64,000 nt of DNA from Octopus vulgaris (Eukaryota). Shown here piece after piece: positions 40,921-56,400 of the stretch (its first letter is position 1; each line of letters begins with the position of its first letter). The notes under the pieces were generated by a model, which worked only from the letters and a program-made list of their open reading frames with translations, had not been told where the DNA came from and ran no database searches. Made by a program: the position numbers and the translations under genes. The stretch spans positions 47,616,001 through 47,680,000 of the forward strand of contig OX597815.1 of assembly GCA_951406725.2 (NCBI GenBank). The letters run 5' to 3'.

Positions 40921-42172
40921 GGATATAGCGAGTAGGGCATACATACAACGAGATCTCGGGATCTGCTCTGAAACACCAAGTTAATGCGACCCTTGTAAAC
41001 TTGAGCAGTTTGTAAAAAGCAGAAAATGCCTCATTTTCCGACATTTATTTTCATGAACGCACCGCTACACCAACACAGAATTGGTCATTAAACTTCCGTC
41101 GGCTAAGCTATGGAAGAAAGTATTTATTTCTATTCTTATTTTCAACTGTTGTATCTTGTTCTCTGTATTTTTTTATAAATTGCCGTGCAGGTATCGTTAT
41201 ATTGGCGCCGGACTAATAGTCGCTTTTAGCGCTCAATCAACTACGCTTTTATTTTAAAAGGATTCTTCGACTCCATTTGTCTCTGGCACAATGCACCCAT
41301 CTTTATCTAGCTATCTAACAAACACTATTTATTTATCTATCTATCTTTTTATTCATTTATGTAACTATTGATATGTGTGTGTGTGTACGAATATATATAT
41401 ATATACACACACACATGTATGCATGCATGTATTATGTATTTATATATGTATGTATGTGCGTGTATGTATGTATTTATGTGTTCATTTAGTAATTACTGGA
41501 ACACAGTTTAGACATACACATGTATTTATATGTATTTATGTTTGTATATATATGTGTGTGTGTATACATATATATATATATATTTATGTATATATATGTG
41601 TGTGTATTATATATTCATATATACACATATATGCATTTATATGCTTACATATATATATATATGTATATATATACATATATATATATATGTATATATGTTT
41701 GTGTGTATATATATATACTTATATATATATTTATATATACTTTTATATGTATATATATACATACACGCTATCTAGCTACCTAGCTTCTTTTATGCCTATC
41801 TATTTATATATCTATAGATGTATCCGTTTATTTGTCTACCTATTGGCCTATCGACCTTCATCTCTCTCTCTCTCTCCCTCTCACTCTCTTCATATATTTG
41901 TATGTATGTATGTACACTTATATACATAAGTGTATATATGTGTGTGCATGCGTGTGTTTGCAATTATAAGCGTTTTACCCTCACTCAATATGCACACACA
42001 TATGTATATACATATCTGTACATATTTACATATGCATACATACATACATACATACATACATACATACATACATACATACATACATACATGCATGCATACA
42101 TACATACATACATACATACATACATACATACATACATACATACATACATACATACATACATACATACATACA

Positions 42173-42206
<34 letters not shown>

Positions 42207-42540
42207 CATACATAGATCCATACCTAAATATATACATTTCTATATACAACAAAATACACAGGTTTATTATACTTTGCATTTTTCTTTCCTTATTTTTCCA
42301 TTTCCCTCACTCGCATACACATTATCCTCTCATCTTTCCCTCCCATTATTATGAATTCTCTTCTTACTTTCCCTCACGCGCCATATTTTTTTCTATCTCT
42401 TTAAATACGCCTATGTTTGGTTTTTCCTTCTTCCATGATATACTTACTTATCATTTCTCATTTTATGTGAGTTTTTCTCTCATTTACCATTTTTGTCAAT
42501 CATGCTCTCACCTCTCTCTTTCTCTTTTTCTCACTATACA

Positions 42541-42681
42541 TTTCTTCTTCTTCTTCTTCTTCTTCTTCTTCTTCTTCTTCTTCTTCTTCTTCTTCTTCTT
42601 CTTCTTCTTCTTCTTCTTCTTCTTCTTCTTCTTCGTCATCATCGCCGACGTCGTCTTCATCATGATCATCATCTTCTTTTG

Positions 42682-42730
<49 letters not shown>

Positions 42731-43024
42731 CTCTGTCGCCAATTCCAACAATTTCACCACTACTAACACTACTACTATCAGTACTACTACTGCTGCTGCT
42801 ACCAACACCACCACCACCACCACTACTACTACTAATCTTTATCTTCTTAATCGTCATCATAATCATTGTCTTTTACTCCTCCTCCTCCTCCTGCTACTAC
42901 TACTAACACTACTACTACCTACATACACATACATACATACATACATACATACATACATACATACATACATACATACATACATACATACATACATACATAC
43001 ATACATACATACATACATACATAC
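42541..43024. repeat. compound microsatellite (TTC)n-(TCA)n-(CTA)n-(CCA)n-(CATA)n
   Basis: successive tandem arrays. Confidence 0.95.
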
Positions 43025-43767
43025 CTAGGCTGCTACCTACTTCATTTTCTATCTCCATTTTCTCCGATTCTACTTCGTCTACGTTTAACTCTCCAACACT
43101 TTCGACATTTGTCGCTATCTATTGAGTGAGTTGCTTCTGTCCCAGGGCGAGACTTTCACTTTTGTTCACCTTGAATCCTGCCTGCATTAGACAAATAGGA
43201 AAAATATGATACGAACCCACCAACCTCAAACAGCATTATTTATATTACATTATAATAGAACTATTTCTAAGAATGTTTTCTTCATTTTTCTTGCCCTTCA
43301 ACCCTTCATACGTCTTGCTTATGTATTTCTGGATTATAACCCTTAGCTTTTGTGTTTCCATTCAGACAATATTTCGATCAGTCGGTTCGATTCTTCATTT
43401 TCTCCAGTTGGATTTGCATTCGCAACTTTATATCTAAATTTGTTTATTATATCTAAATTTGTTTATTATTAATCTCTTAATAAACTGAAATGTTTAATTA
43501 ATTAGCAATGAGTTCCTTCTTACATAGAACGTGACCAACTTGAATTCTGTGAAAAACTATAATAAAATTTCAATGAAAATCTTATGTATGAATATTATAT
43601 GAGTGTGTTTGTGTGTATATGTATGTATGTGTGTGTGCATGTATGTATGTATGTATGTATGTATGTATGCATGCATGTATGTATGTGTGTATGTATGTAT
43701 GTATGTATGTATGTATGTATGTATGTATGTATGTATGTATGTATGTATGTATGTACTACAGCATATA

Positions 43768-44266
43768 CAGTAATCCCTCACCATATCGCGGTTCACCTAT
43801 CGTGCACTCGGAACATCGCGGATTTTTCTGGCTTAATATATGTAAATTTATATCGCAGACTCCTCAGTATATCGCTGGTTTCTGAGGCCGATAGGTATTC
43901 ATATTTTTTTAGTTTTTAATTATTTCTGTGGTAAAATAAGCATTATCATGCCTAAAAATTAATAAATTAATAAACAGAAATAGAGTACAGTGCTGCACTG
44001 TATAACACATTAATTAAAATATATTAAGAGAAAATATGTAGTGTACTGTAGATGAGGAAACAAAGAATCGCACGCACACTGCATAGAAAACGAAATTCGG
44101 GATGCTAGTGTGTGGTATTGTTTTGCATTTATGATAGAATAAATATATACAAATTATAAAAATAATTTTAAAATATATGCAGTACAGTACTGTTTCTACT
44201 TCGCGGATTTTCACCTATCGCGGGAGGTTTTGGAACGTGACACCCGCGATAGGTGAGGGATTATTA
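43768..44266 (+). mobile_element. Tigger/pogo-like MITE, full length
   Basis: TIRs CAGTAATCCCTCACC..ATCGCGG / CCGCGATAGGTGAGGGATTATTA; TA at the left flank. Confidence 0.85.
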
Positions 44267-44285
44267 CATATATATATATATATAA

Positions 44286-44795
44286 ATTAAGAGGAATGAC
44301 CACTAAAGCGGACACCCTATATGCTAAGCATAGACGTCAAATCACCATTACCACGAAGAATGTGTTCTCAAGAAAAAACTCTCAGCAAAAAGCTAAAATG
44401 TAAAAATCAGCAAGACAAATGCAACCATAAGAAATAAAAACGATTACCTACGTACCATTGGTTTTACTTGTTAATATCTACGTATATAAATACGCAGATA
44501 TCTGTAAGATCATCGCTTACAAAACACAATTTCCAGAACTAGATACAAAACGCTCAACCGAAATCGATTATGTATAAAGTTCTACAAATTATATTTGAGT
44601 GTATTTTTTTGAATGCCTTCACCTTGGCGCGCTGAGGCCGGAAATTAATCTGCAGTTAATACATTTCATGAGCCAATTTACCGATGAGAAGACATTTTTT
44701 ATTCAAAATTAGATACTAAGGGTAGAAATTGATGTTAATCAATTAAAACCAGTGGCTTAGCATATTTAAAACTGCGAATATTAAAAATTTATACT
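44286..44795 (+). mobile_element. ~510-bp pLTR/retrozyme-like monomer with degenerate hammerhead
   Basis: starts after (TA)n; CCGATGA-GAA...TTC-AAAA-TTAGATAC-TA-AGGGTA at 44681-44724; permuted homolog at 31873-32012. Confidence 0.55.
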
Positions 44796-44870
44796 TATAC
44801 ACTTGTAATTTATTTTGACAAACATAGTGATATATAAGGAGTAGTTATATTTATAAATGTGGGGAAAGTA

Positions 44871-44966
44871 GACCTGAGGATTGGGAGTGAGTAAACATAA
44901 TGAATTTTGAAATGAGACTTTGTGTCTTAACAATACCATATGTACCCTCATGAAACACGTGTAGTC
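44871..44966 (+). ncRNA. type I hammerhead-like motif with canonical core and long loop II
   Basis: GAC-CTGAGGA (44874-44880); TTGGGAGTG/TACCCTCAT imperfect stem II; GAAA (44952-44955); CACGTG; TA; GTC; self-complementary ACACGTGT, GUA triplet. Confidence 0.7.
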
Positions 44967-45118
44967 CGTAATATGAAAATTTTGGGATTATGAATATAAA
45001 TAGTAAGTATATTATTTAACATTTTATGTCTTGGTTGAGTTAATATCGTTTGGAGTTGAAGTTGTGGGTGTTTCTATCTTTCTAACAATATTTTGATATC
45101 TATCTATCTATCTATCTA

Positions 45119-45202
<84 letters not shown>

Positions 45203-45276
45203 AATTTACATAAAATGTATATGTGTGTTTTTCTGGATAAGCATGTAAATATATGAGTATGTATGAATGTCTGATG

Positions 45277-45314
<38 letters not shown>

Positions 45315-45370
45315 CATACAAATATGTATATATATATATACCCATACATATAAATATACCTATATATATA

Positions 45371-45409
<39 letters not shown>

Positions 45410-45923
45410 CATATATATATGAAGTATAAGTACCTATACACGCATGAGTTAAGTTTCCAGAGTCGTAAGAGGTGGAGTCAATATAATGTTACCTAATGGA
45501 AAGTCCGTATGGCTTAGACGTAGTAGTGTACCAAACAATTTACTACATGAATGGTTCGTATCTCGTCACGACCACTACGAGATAACCATGACTAAACGCC
45601 CACCGACCTTCATATACTTAGCTTTAAATACTTTAGTATAGTTTTAATTGTTCGTCGGATTCCCGTTTCGAACTCAATTCTACCTGAATAATATACGTAA
45701 CCTACCTGCGATATACCAGACTATATTTTTATACAAATTGATCAGATAGTGGTTTCGGTGAGATAATGACTGTGATAGATTGCAATTTTCATGTTATTGT
45801 TTTATCAAACGGATAATTAGATTTATAGGTCCTTCTGTATCTGATGGGTTTTATTTATTTTATTTGAAGGTTTTATTTGTTTTATTCTTACCAAATTTCA
45901 GATCAATATTACCATTAAGATTA

Positions 45924-46140
45924 AAGCGATGAACTGGCAGAATCGTTAACAAGCCTGGCAAAATGCTTCGGAGCATTTCGTCCGCTTTTATGGTTCGACT
46001 TCTAATTCCGCAGAGGCCGACTTTGCCTTTCATTTTATTCGGGTTCGATAAAATCAATACCAGTTGAGCACTGGGATCGATGTAATCGATTTACCCCTCC
46101 TCCGAAATTCCTGTCTTTCTGCCAAAATTAAAACCGATAT
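45924..46140 (+). mobile_element. SINE family A
   Basis: GAACTGGCAGAATCGTTAAC...CGACTTTGCCTTTCAT. Confidence 0.85.
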
Positions 46141-46377
46141 TACTATTATGGTTATACAATTCTGCACTGTAGACTTCACGTTTAGAATTCATACATGTAT
46201 GTATGTGTGCGTGCGTGCGTGCGTGCGTGTATGTATGTATATATGTATGCATGTATGTATTTAGGTAGGTAGGTTGGTAGGTAGGTAGGTAGGCAGGTAA
46301 TTAGGTATAGCTACTGGATTTGTTGAGAATATACACAGTTTTGCTGCTTGTTTCTCTAAGATTATTCAAATTAATGC

Positions 46378-46426
46378 GGACACCTGATGAGAACCCAATA
46401 ACGTTCGAAAATCAATTAAGGCGTTT
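46378..46426 (+). ncRNA. minimal hammerhead-like motif, canonical core, weak helix I
   Basis: CTGATGA (46384-46390)-GAAC/GTTC stem II-GAAA (46407-46410)-ATCAAT-TA. Confidence 0.5.
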
Positions 46427-46707
46427 CATCATTTTTTTCAATCTACGGAGAAATAGCTAAATGTGTATATATGAATATATACATATGTATACACTCACAC
46501 ACATTCATGCACACACCTATATGCGTGTGTATATATATATATGTGTGTGTATGTGTGTATATATATATATATATGTGTGTGTATGTGTGTATGTGTATGT
46601 GTATACACATATACATGTATTTATTCACACGCATCGCACACACTATCCTCTATTCACACGCATCGCATACTCTATCCCCTATCTCGCCGTCTCTTTCTTT
46701 CTCTCCG

Positions 46708-46759
<52 letters not shown>

Positions 46760-47573
46760 AAAGTAAATATGAAACTGAACAGGAAACATTGAAAGGCATA
46801 CCAACATTATCGGTATACTTCCATCAAATTCTTATTCTGCAATTATAAGTGGCATGTGTATATATGTATCGTCGTGTTTAAAGGGTTTCTTTTTTACTCT
46901 CTTTCAAAATGGATTTTATTTGATAGATTTGGCATATGATGTTTTTCTCTATTATTAGGCTGTACAGTTCCGAAGTCCCTTGGGATATATATATTTTGGC
47001 AACTTCAGTCTGTTGACCCAGAAAGTGTAATGTTCTTAAAGATACTCGCTTTTATTTTATTTTATTTATTTATCTATTCATTTATTTCGATTTGGAAATT
47101 GGCCATAGTCAATGAGAATCACCAAACTTTTCTGCAAGGATACAAAAATTAAAATAATAAGACTAAAATCAGATATGAGATGAATGTAAGCATTGATACG
47201 TAGTCAAGGAGATCGCTGTGGTAGCAACTTCGTTCCTAGTTCGCTCCACATTTATGGCACCATTGAATGGTACTGTCTTATGTAGAAAACTTTGTCGAGT
47301 GGAGATATTTTACTGGTATTTGGTAGACAAAGACTAAGGGAAAGCCAATCAGGTGGATTGGAAATTTCTCCCCGTTTTGGCCATGGGGATGCACCCCTTT
47401 CTACATGACTGAGCTTTGCTTTTTGTCTTCCCTCGATGAAAACGATGATGATAATGATGCATATTTGTGCTGTTGTGTGTTTTTTTCCTTTTAAAATTAT
47501 GTAATTGTTAGAAGCTGTAATTATATAACTGTTTGTTTACAGATTCTTTTTTAGAGAGATGGTGTGCACGGTA

Positions 47574-47960
47574 GTGGAGGCGCAATGGCCCAGTGGTTAG
47601 GGCAGCGGACTCGCGGTCATAGGATCGCGGTTTCGATTCCCAGACCGGGCGTTGTGAGTGTTTATTGAGCGAAAACACCTAAAGCTCCATGAGGCTCCGG
47701 CAGGGATGGTGGTGATCCCTGCTGTACTCTTTCACCACAACTTTCTCTCACTCTTACTTCCTGTTTCTGTTGTACCTGTATTTCAAAGGGCCGGCCTTGT
47801 CACTCTCTGTGTCTCGCTGAATATCCCCGAGAACTACGTTAAGGGTACACGTGTCTGTGGAGTGCTCAGCCACTTACACGTTAATTTCACGAGCAGGCTG
47901 TTCCGTTGATTCGAATCAACCGGAACCCTCGTCGTCGTTACCAACGGAGTGCTTCCTCTA
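47574..47960 (+). mobile_element. SINE family C, tail type 1, with 10-bp TSD
   Basis: A-box TGGCCCAGTGG, B-box GTTTCGATTCC; TSD GTGCACGGTA at 47564-47573 and 47961-47970. Confidence 0.95.
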
Positions 47961-48122
47961 GTGCACGGTAACTTCGGCGTGACTTACTACTATTAATGCT
48001 CAGTTTAACCGTTTTAGGTTTCAACCAAAAACACAGACCGGGTGGGAGAAAATGTTGAAGAAGGATGAAATTTTCGGATGTTAAGCAAAGACAAATAACA
48101 AATGCCAAGTACGAATAGTAAA

Positions 48123-48429
48123 GTGGAGGCGGAATGGCTCAGTGATTAGGGCAGCGAACTCGAGGTCGGAGGATCGCGGTTTCGATTCCCAGACCGGGCG
48201 TTGTGTGTGTTTATTGAGCGAAAACACCTAAAGCTCCACGAGGCTCCGGCAGGGTGCGGTGGCGACTCCTGTTGTACTCTTTCGCCACAACTTTCTCTCA
48301 CCCTTACTTCCTGTTTCTTGAGTAACGCTGTGATGGACTAGCTGGAATCCCGTCCAGCTGGGGGGAACACATATGCCATAGAAACCGGGAAACCGGGTCC
48401 ATGGAAAAGGCGCATAAATTAATAAAATA
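48123..48429 (+). mobile_element. SINE family C, tail type 2, with 9-bp TSD
   Basis: same head; TSD AATAGTAAA at 48114-48122 and 48430-48438. Confidence 0.9.
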
Positions 48430-48450
48430 AATAGTAAAACCTCTATTTCT

Positions 48451-48835
48451 AAGGCGGCGAGCTGGCAGAAACGTTAGCACGCCGGGCTAACTGCTTAGGG
48501 GTATTTCGTCCGCCGCTGCATTCTGAGTTCAAGTTCCGCCGAGGTCGACTTTGCCTTTCATCCTTTCGGGGTCGATTAAATAAGTACCAGTTACGCACTG
48601 GGGTCGATATAATCGACTTAATCCGTTTGTCTGTCCTTGTTTGTCCGCTCTGTGTTTAGCCCCTTGTGGGTAGTAAAGAAATAGCTATTTCGTCTGTCTT
48701 TACGTTCTGAGTTCAAATTCCGCCGAGGTCGACTTTGCCTGTCATCCTTTCAGGGTCAATAAATTAAGTACCAGTTGCGATCTAATCGACTGGCCTCCTA
48801 CCCAAAAATTACGAGCCTGGAGTAGAAAAGAATAT
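48451..48835 (+). mobile_element. SINE family A, dimeric core
   Basis: AAGGCGGCGAGCTGGCAGAAACGTTAGCACGCCGGGC; core repeated at ~48530 and ~48710. Confidence 0.95.
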
Positions 48836-49106
48836 TTTATTATTTCTCATATTTCAAAGGATTATCATTGTTGACGTCAAGGGAATGCTGGGTTTTAAAG
48901 ACAATAAGTTGTATTTTGAACTGAATATAAAGACGATCGTTCCCAACTTCTTACGAAGGGAGTTGCGTGTGTGCATATACACACATATACAACCACATAC
49001 ATATATGTATGTGGTCATGTATATATGTGTGTGTGTGTGTGTTTGTGTGTGTTTATGTGTGTTTATGTGTGTGTGTGTGTGTGTGTATGTATACATATAC
49101 ATATAT

Positions 49107-49312
49107 TTTTTATCTTTTCCTTGTTTCAGTCATTAGACTGTAGCCATGCTGGAGCACCACCTTGACAATTTTTAGTCGAATGAATCGACCCAAGTATTTT
49201 TTAAAGCCTGATACTTTTCCTATCGATCTCTTTTACAGAACCGTTAAGTGTCACTAAGTAAACACACCAACACAGGTTGTCAAACAATGGTAGTGGGACA
49301 AAAAGACACAAA
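49107..49312 (-). mobile_element. SINE family B 3' half
   Basis: TTGTTTCAGTCATTAGACTGTAGCCATGCTGGAGCACC. Confidence 0.8.
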
Positions 49313-49325
49313 TATATACACACAT

Positions 49326-49378
<53 letters not shown>

Positions 49379-49460
49379 TACATACGTACATATAAAATAT
49401 ATAGGTGTATGTGCGTATGTGTGTGAGTGTGTGTGTGTATATATCTATATATATATATGC

Positions 49461-49503
<43 letters not shown>

Positions 49504-51251
49504 ATTTTACATATATATATTTATAATTTTCCTGTTTGTTATTGGAATATTTGAGTAATGTCTCTTTTATTGACTGACTCATAAGAAAATTTTCCTCTCT
49601 CCATATACAAGCAGACACACACACACACGACATACACACACATACATACACGCTCATACACACACATACACACAATATTTATGTAGTGGGAGCATGCATA
49701 CATGTATGTATAATTGTGTTTTTGCTTATGCATTTATTACTGTATAAATTTCAATCAAAATCGAAGTTTGACACCGGTGTAATTTTCCTCCTAAATTTTC
49801 CTCATTATTATTATTTAATTACTATTATCTTTACTGGGAAGGAGTAGCTGTATTTATATATCTTATTTTTTCTTCAAATAAAGTAAATTCTATCAAGCTA
49901 TAAAATTACGTAAAATGGAAAATTCTATGCTTTCGATAACAAAAACGATTCTAACATTTTAAATCAAATTCGTACAAGAAATACATTGCTCCAATGACGA
50001 GACGCTAAGTAACAACACATAAAAAGCAACATCGCCAACGCCAATAAGAAACAGAGAAAAATGGAGAAAAAAAATGAACAAGCATTTTTAAATGACAAAC
50101 AAGAAAGCAGAATTTTTAAATTGCTTACACATTTGTTTTTTTCTTCCATATTTTTTCGTTCTTGTTTGCTAATTATGCTGTGAAAAAAATTATTCATTCT
50201 GAATAAACTTGTTTGTTTTACAGTAGGAGAAAAAAATGGAATTAAAAGTTGTTGTATTATAGAAATTGCAATGTGAATATTTAAAGAATATGAAAACTAA
50301 ATCGCAGAAGAAAAAAAAATTGCATAAAAGCTTAGATCGCGCACAGTATGTGTGAGGTTTCAATTTTGATATACATCCGCCTGCCTTTTTTACATCGATT
50401 TATGAAATATATACATAATATGATTTCGTTATTGTTCTTACTTTTAATGTTGCCGGTAATGGTGGTGATGGTGGTTGTGGTGGTGGTTCTTCGTATTTTG
50501 TTTCAGTTTTTGTTATTGTTGTTTTAAGCTAATGCAAAGAAGTTTTTATTTTCTTAAAGGTGTTTTCATTTTTTTTTTCCATCAATTTCCTCTGGAGAAT
50601 GAAATCTGAATAGTTGATTGCAAACGAAAGAAAATAATATAGGAAGGAATATTATTACAGTTGTTGTTGTTGTCGTTGTTATTGTTGATTATGATGCTGA
50701 TGTTGATGATGCTGATGAGGTTGTTATCTCTACTCTTTTTTTTTATTTTTAGTAAACAAAGAAACAAACATATGATGGCAAGCGGTTTAGAAAAAAAAGA
50801 ACTGCTATGGAAGGGAACAAAATACACGACATACAATTTGTACATAAAACAAAGGACATATAAACCTCACTCAAGTGCAAATCGTAAAAATAATACATGC
50901 ATGAAGTACATACACATCTCTCTCTCTTTCTCCTCTTTCCTCTCACTCTTTGTCTCGCTTTCAAACATGCCACAATTATGCATGCAGTTACATATAAGCA
51001 CGCCACACGCACTTATACATACAAATCTATATGACAGATATAAAATATATATTATATTATATATGTATATATGTGGGTGTTATATATACGTGTACATATG
51101 TACCCATATCTGTAACATGTATATATATATATATATATATACATAGTGTGTGTTTGTATGTGAGTGTGTGTGTTTGTGTGTATGCACGCACGTGTGTTTA
51201 AATGAATGCGTTTCATGGATGTGTTGTATATATATGTGTGTATATATATAA

Positions 51252-51602
<351 letters not shown>

Positions 51603-52051
51603 TTATATAACAATGAGTAATGTGTGCACATGATGATTATAATCAGATACGAATTAGCAAAGAAGAGTTGATTGAAATGTAGACTACAACTCTAGTCAAT
51701 TTTTTGAAGTAAATGAAACAGAAGAATAAAAAATAGAAACGAGATGAAAGTTGGATTTTGAGACAGCGAGAAAGAGAGTGAGTAAGCAGGAGAGAGAAAG
51801 GAGGAAGAGAGTAAGAAAGAGAGAGGTGTGCCTATTTGAGTGAAGGATTTTGTATATGTGTGGAGGATTCCGTATGTGTGTGCACATGCGTGTTGTGTGG
51901 TAAAAAATGTTAAGTAGGCAATACATGTTGAATGTTGAGATGGAATTTGAAGAAAGTGTTTGATGTATTAAGTTAAAAGTATATTGGAAATGTTAAATAC
52001 AAATCTCTGAAGAAATAATAATTGCTATATGAGTAGATAGGTCGATAGATG

Positions 52052-53390
<1,339 letters not shown>

Positions 53391-53395
53391 GTAGG

Positions 53396-53463
<68 letters not shown>

Positions 53464-56400
53464 GAGATAATCTGCAGTCAGACAGGTGGGTATAAAATTC
53501 AATATAGTATTGCTGTTTATTTTCGTTTAGTTTTGGTCCTGAACGAGCAAATATGTGATCAAAAGCACTCTAACTCTGAATATCTTGTCTTCATTCTTTT
53601 ATTTTTTTTGGAGGTGGGGGGGTTCCTCCAGACTATATAATGTAATCTTCTTTTAATAAGGTAGTGTGTGTGATATGAGAAAGACTCACTGTTGCTTTTA
53701 GCAGATCAATCAACCACCAAGGAACCTCCTCGTTTGGGTCTTTAATAATGTAAAACAACAGTGAGAAAATTGCTCGGCTTGCTCTCTTCAAATTTTGATC
53801 CGTTTTTAGTTCTCAAATGCAACAAATTTTTCTAGCACTGATAAATTCTTATACCTTTTCACTCTTTTCTTCTTTTTTCTCACGAATTATTTTTCTTTTG
53901 TCTTTCACTAATTATTTTAATATTGTGAAACTATCTGATGATACTTTTATTTCTCAAAGTCAACGCACGAATGGTGACAAAACTTCTCCTTTGTTTATAG
54001 TGAAATTGGTAGTGCTCTGTTTATGAAAGACAGTATTTATTTCAAAATCCACAAATAATATCATTTTAGCATAGTCGACCAATATAATACACCTTTCAAA
54101 TTACTCGCCAAAAACAATTAAGAAATTCCACTAGGATCTCTTAAGACTCATTTGCAAACTGACATACACCATTCGGTGTATTGATACTAAATACTCATTT
54201 TGTTGCTTAGGGCAATGCAATTTGACAATATGCATTCTTTGCTCCATTGAATATAGAATCAATTGTTGGTAAATAGTGAGCGTTTGTGTTGATATTTTCA
54301 CTTAGATTCGTAAACTGCACATATTCTACGTGACCCAATCTTTTTTTATCTTACTAACTGGAAAAACACTCGATTCTTTTCTATTTACGTTGTGATATTA
54401 CATCAATTTTCTCAAAATTACTCAGAAGTTATCTTGCTATAGTCAGGTTTCTTACCTGTAACACTAGCTGCATAAATTCTCATTCTGAGGAGACATTGCT
54501 AAACTGGTAGACATTGTTCAACGGGTAGATATTGCTTAACTGGTAGAGGTTGGTAAAATGCCCTTTTATACAAATATCCCCGTTGTAATTTATCCAAAAT
54601 CATGTGGTGAGCTAGGTATTCCTGCTTCATAACCACGTTATTGTCTGAAAAATTAGCGATGACCGTCAATGCTAAACAATCGTAAGTTCTTAAAAGTTTG
54701 GGATGGATGAATTCATGTCAAACTCATCTTGTTAACAAAGGAACAAGGAGGCTGGTTAAAGTGAACCATTATCTGCTAACATTTAGATTCAAACCTCATT
54801 CAATTTGAATTAGATATCTTTAGCATTATCAAGATCTATATTGTTGATAATAAGTATAAAGGCTTTGATATATTCATATGAATACAGTGTTTATGTTATT
54901 GTATGTAAGCACTAATTGGCAACATTTGGCAAAGTAAACCGAGCTTTCCACACGCAGGACTCTTTAATCTGAATGCTGAACATTACCTTTGTGTATTCAA
55001 CCACAATTATTATAGTAATTAATAAGGACGTTGCGCTTCTGCTAGTTGTTGTGTTTGATATTCCTCTATCGAAGTTTTATAATTGTTAAAATAATTCTTA
55101 CTAACATAACCATTTATATCATTGATGCTTTTAAGTTATATTTCAGAGTTGTTAATATTGTTGCTAATTCACCGAATCCCTAAATCTAGACGGTTACAAA
55201 CGGGACCCAGCACCTTCATTTTCATGTCCCCCATACTGCAATTCTGATATGAAAATTGATTTAATTAAACTTCACTCAGTGTTTTTTTTTTCTTTCTTTC
55301 AAATGATACAAAATAAAATTATGCTTGCTAAGTTATTCTGAAAATAAAGTAATTTATTGTCCTCCTTGTTTTGTTGTATGGTTTCTAGTAATTTCAACAT
55401 GTCAGCTATGCAAATCTTTCAATGAGTTCAAGCAGCTTCTTCGACGAGGATTTTAAACTTGAATTTATGTAACAGCTTCAGTATTCGCTGGGATAAGCAC
55501 ATCTTTGGTTTATACATTAGCTTCAGCGCTACATATACACTAGATGATAGAGTTTTCATTTTTCTTCGTATGCGACACTTAAAATTATTTTACCAACCAT
55601 GTTATGGCCTATATTTGGTTACCAGAATGAGTGACTTTGTCTAGGTTTTTTCCATACAATAGGAAATATTAGCCTGATTTTTGTAGCAAATAAGCAATTA
55701 AATGTTATATGTTGGCGCGGAAGCCACTTATTTTCTTTTTATGGTTTAGGGACTCAAGAGGTCGTGTATACCTCTTTGGACCATCATAGATAACATCCAC
55801 AGAACTTCGAAGGTTCTGGAATGGCAGAGTAAAAATACAAGCTTATCAAGGCCCGTATTTCGTAATGACTTGTCAACGAAACGATCATGAAACAAAAAGA
55901 AAAAAAGAAGAAAAAAAATAGGAAAAAAACAGTAACAGTAATAACAAGTCCCCAGAAGTGATATTACTTTTCAGACGACATGAAGTGATTTATTACAGCA
56001 ATCATGATAATACTGTTCGCGATATTAGAGACGAAAGTGAAAATAAATAGCCTCACTTAGAAATCGAAACCTGTTCGCTAATTCAGAAAGTTACTGAACA
56101 ACACTTGATGTACAGTAAACACTATTGCATTATTCATATGAATGATATTAGCAGTTTAGCTACAAGCCATCCCTTCAATTTGAGTGGCAACACGTACTTT
56201 TTCTTCTTCCTATTGTTTTTGCTGATATTTTTTGTTTTTGTGTTTTGTTTTTTTTTTCCTTTGTTTCTGTTGCTATACTATTTTTACTCTGCTTTTGGCC
56301 GTTGTTGTTTACCGCTTATTTGTTTATTTATTGGTTTGTTTATTTATATATATTTTCCTCTGTTGTTTGTAGTTATTCGCTTTTATTCATCAAAGCCAAT

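Noticed and set aside
41930-42906. Long ORFs up to 278 aa (also the YI/HT/CV/LSIY-repeat ORFs throughout)
   Set aside because: Stop-free microsatellite translations.
47574-47650. tRNA gene
   Set aside because: A/B boxes present but the cloverleaf is incomplete and it continues into a SINE body with TSD.
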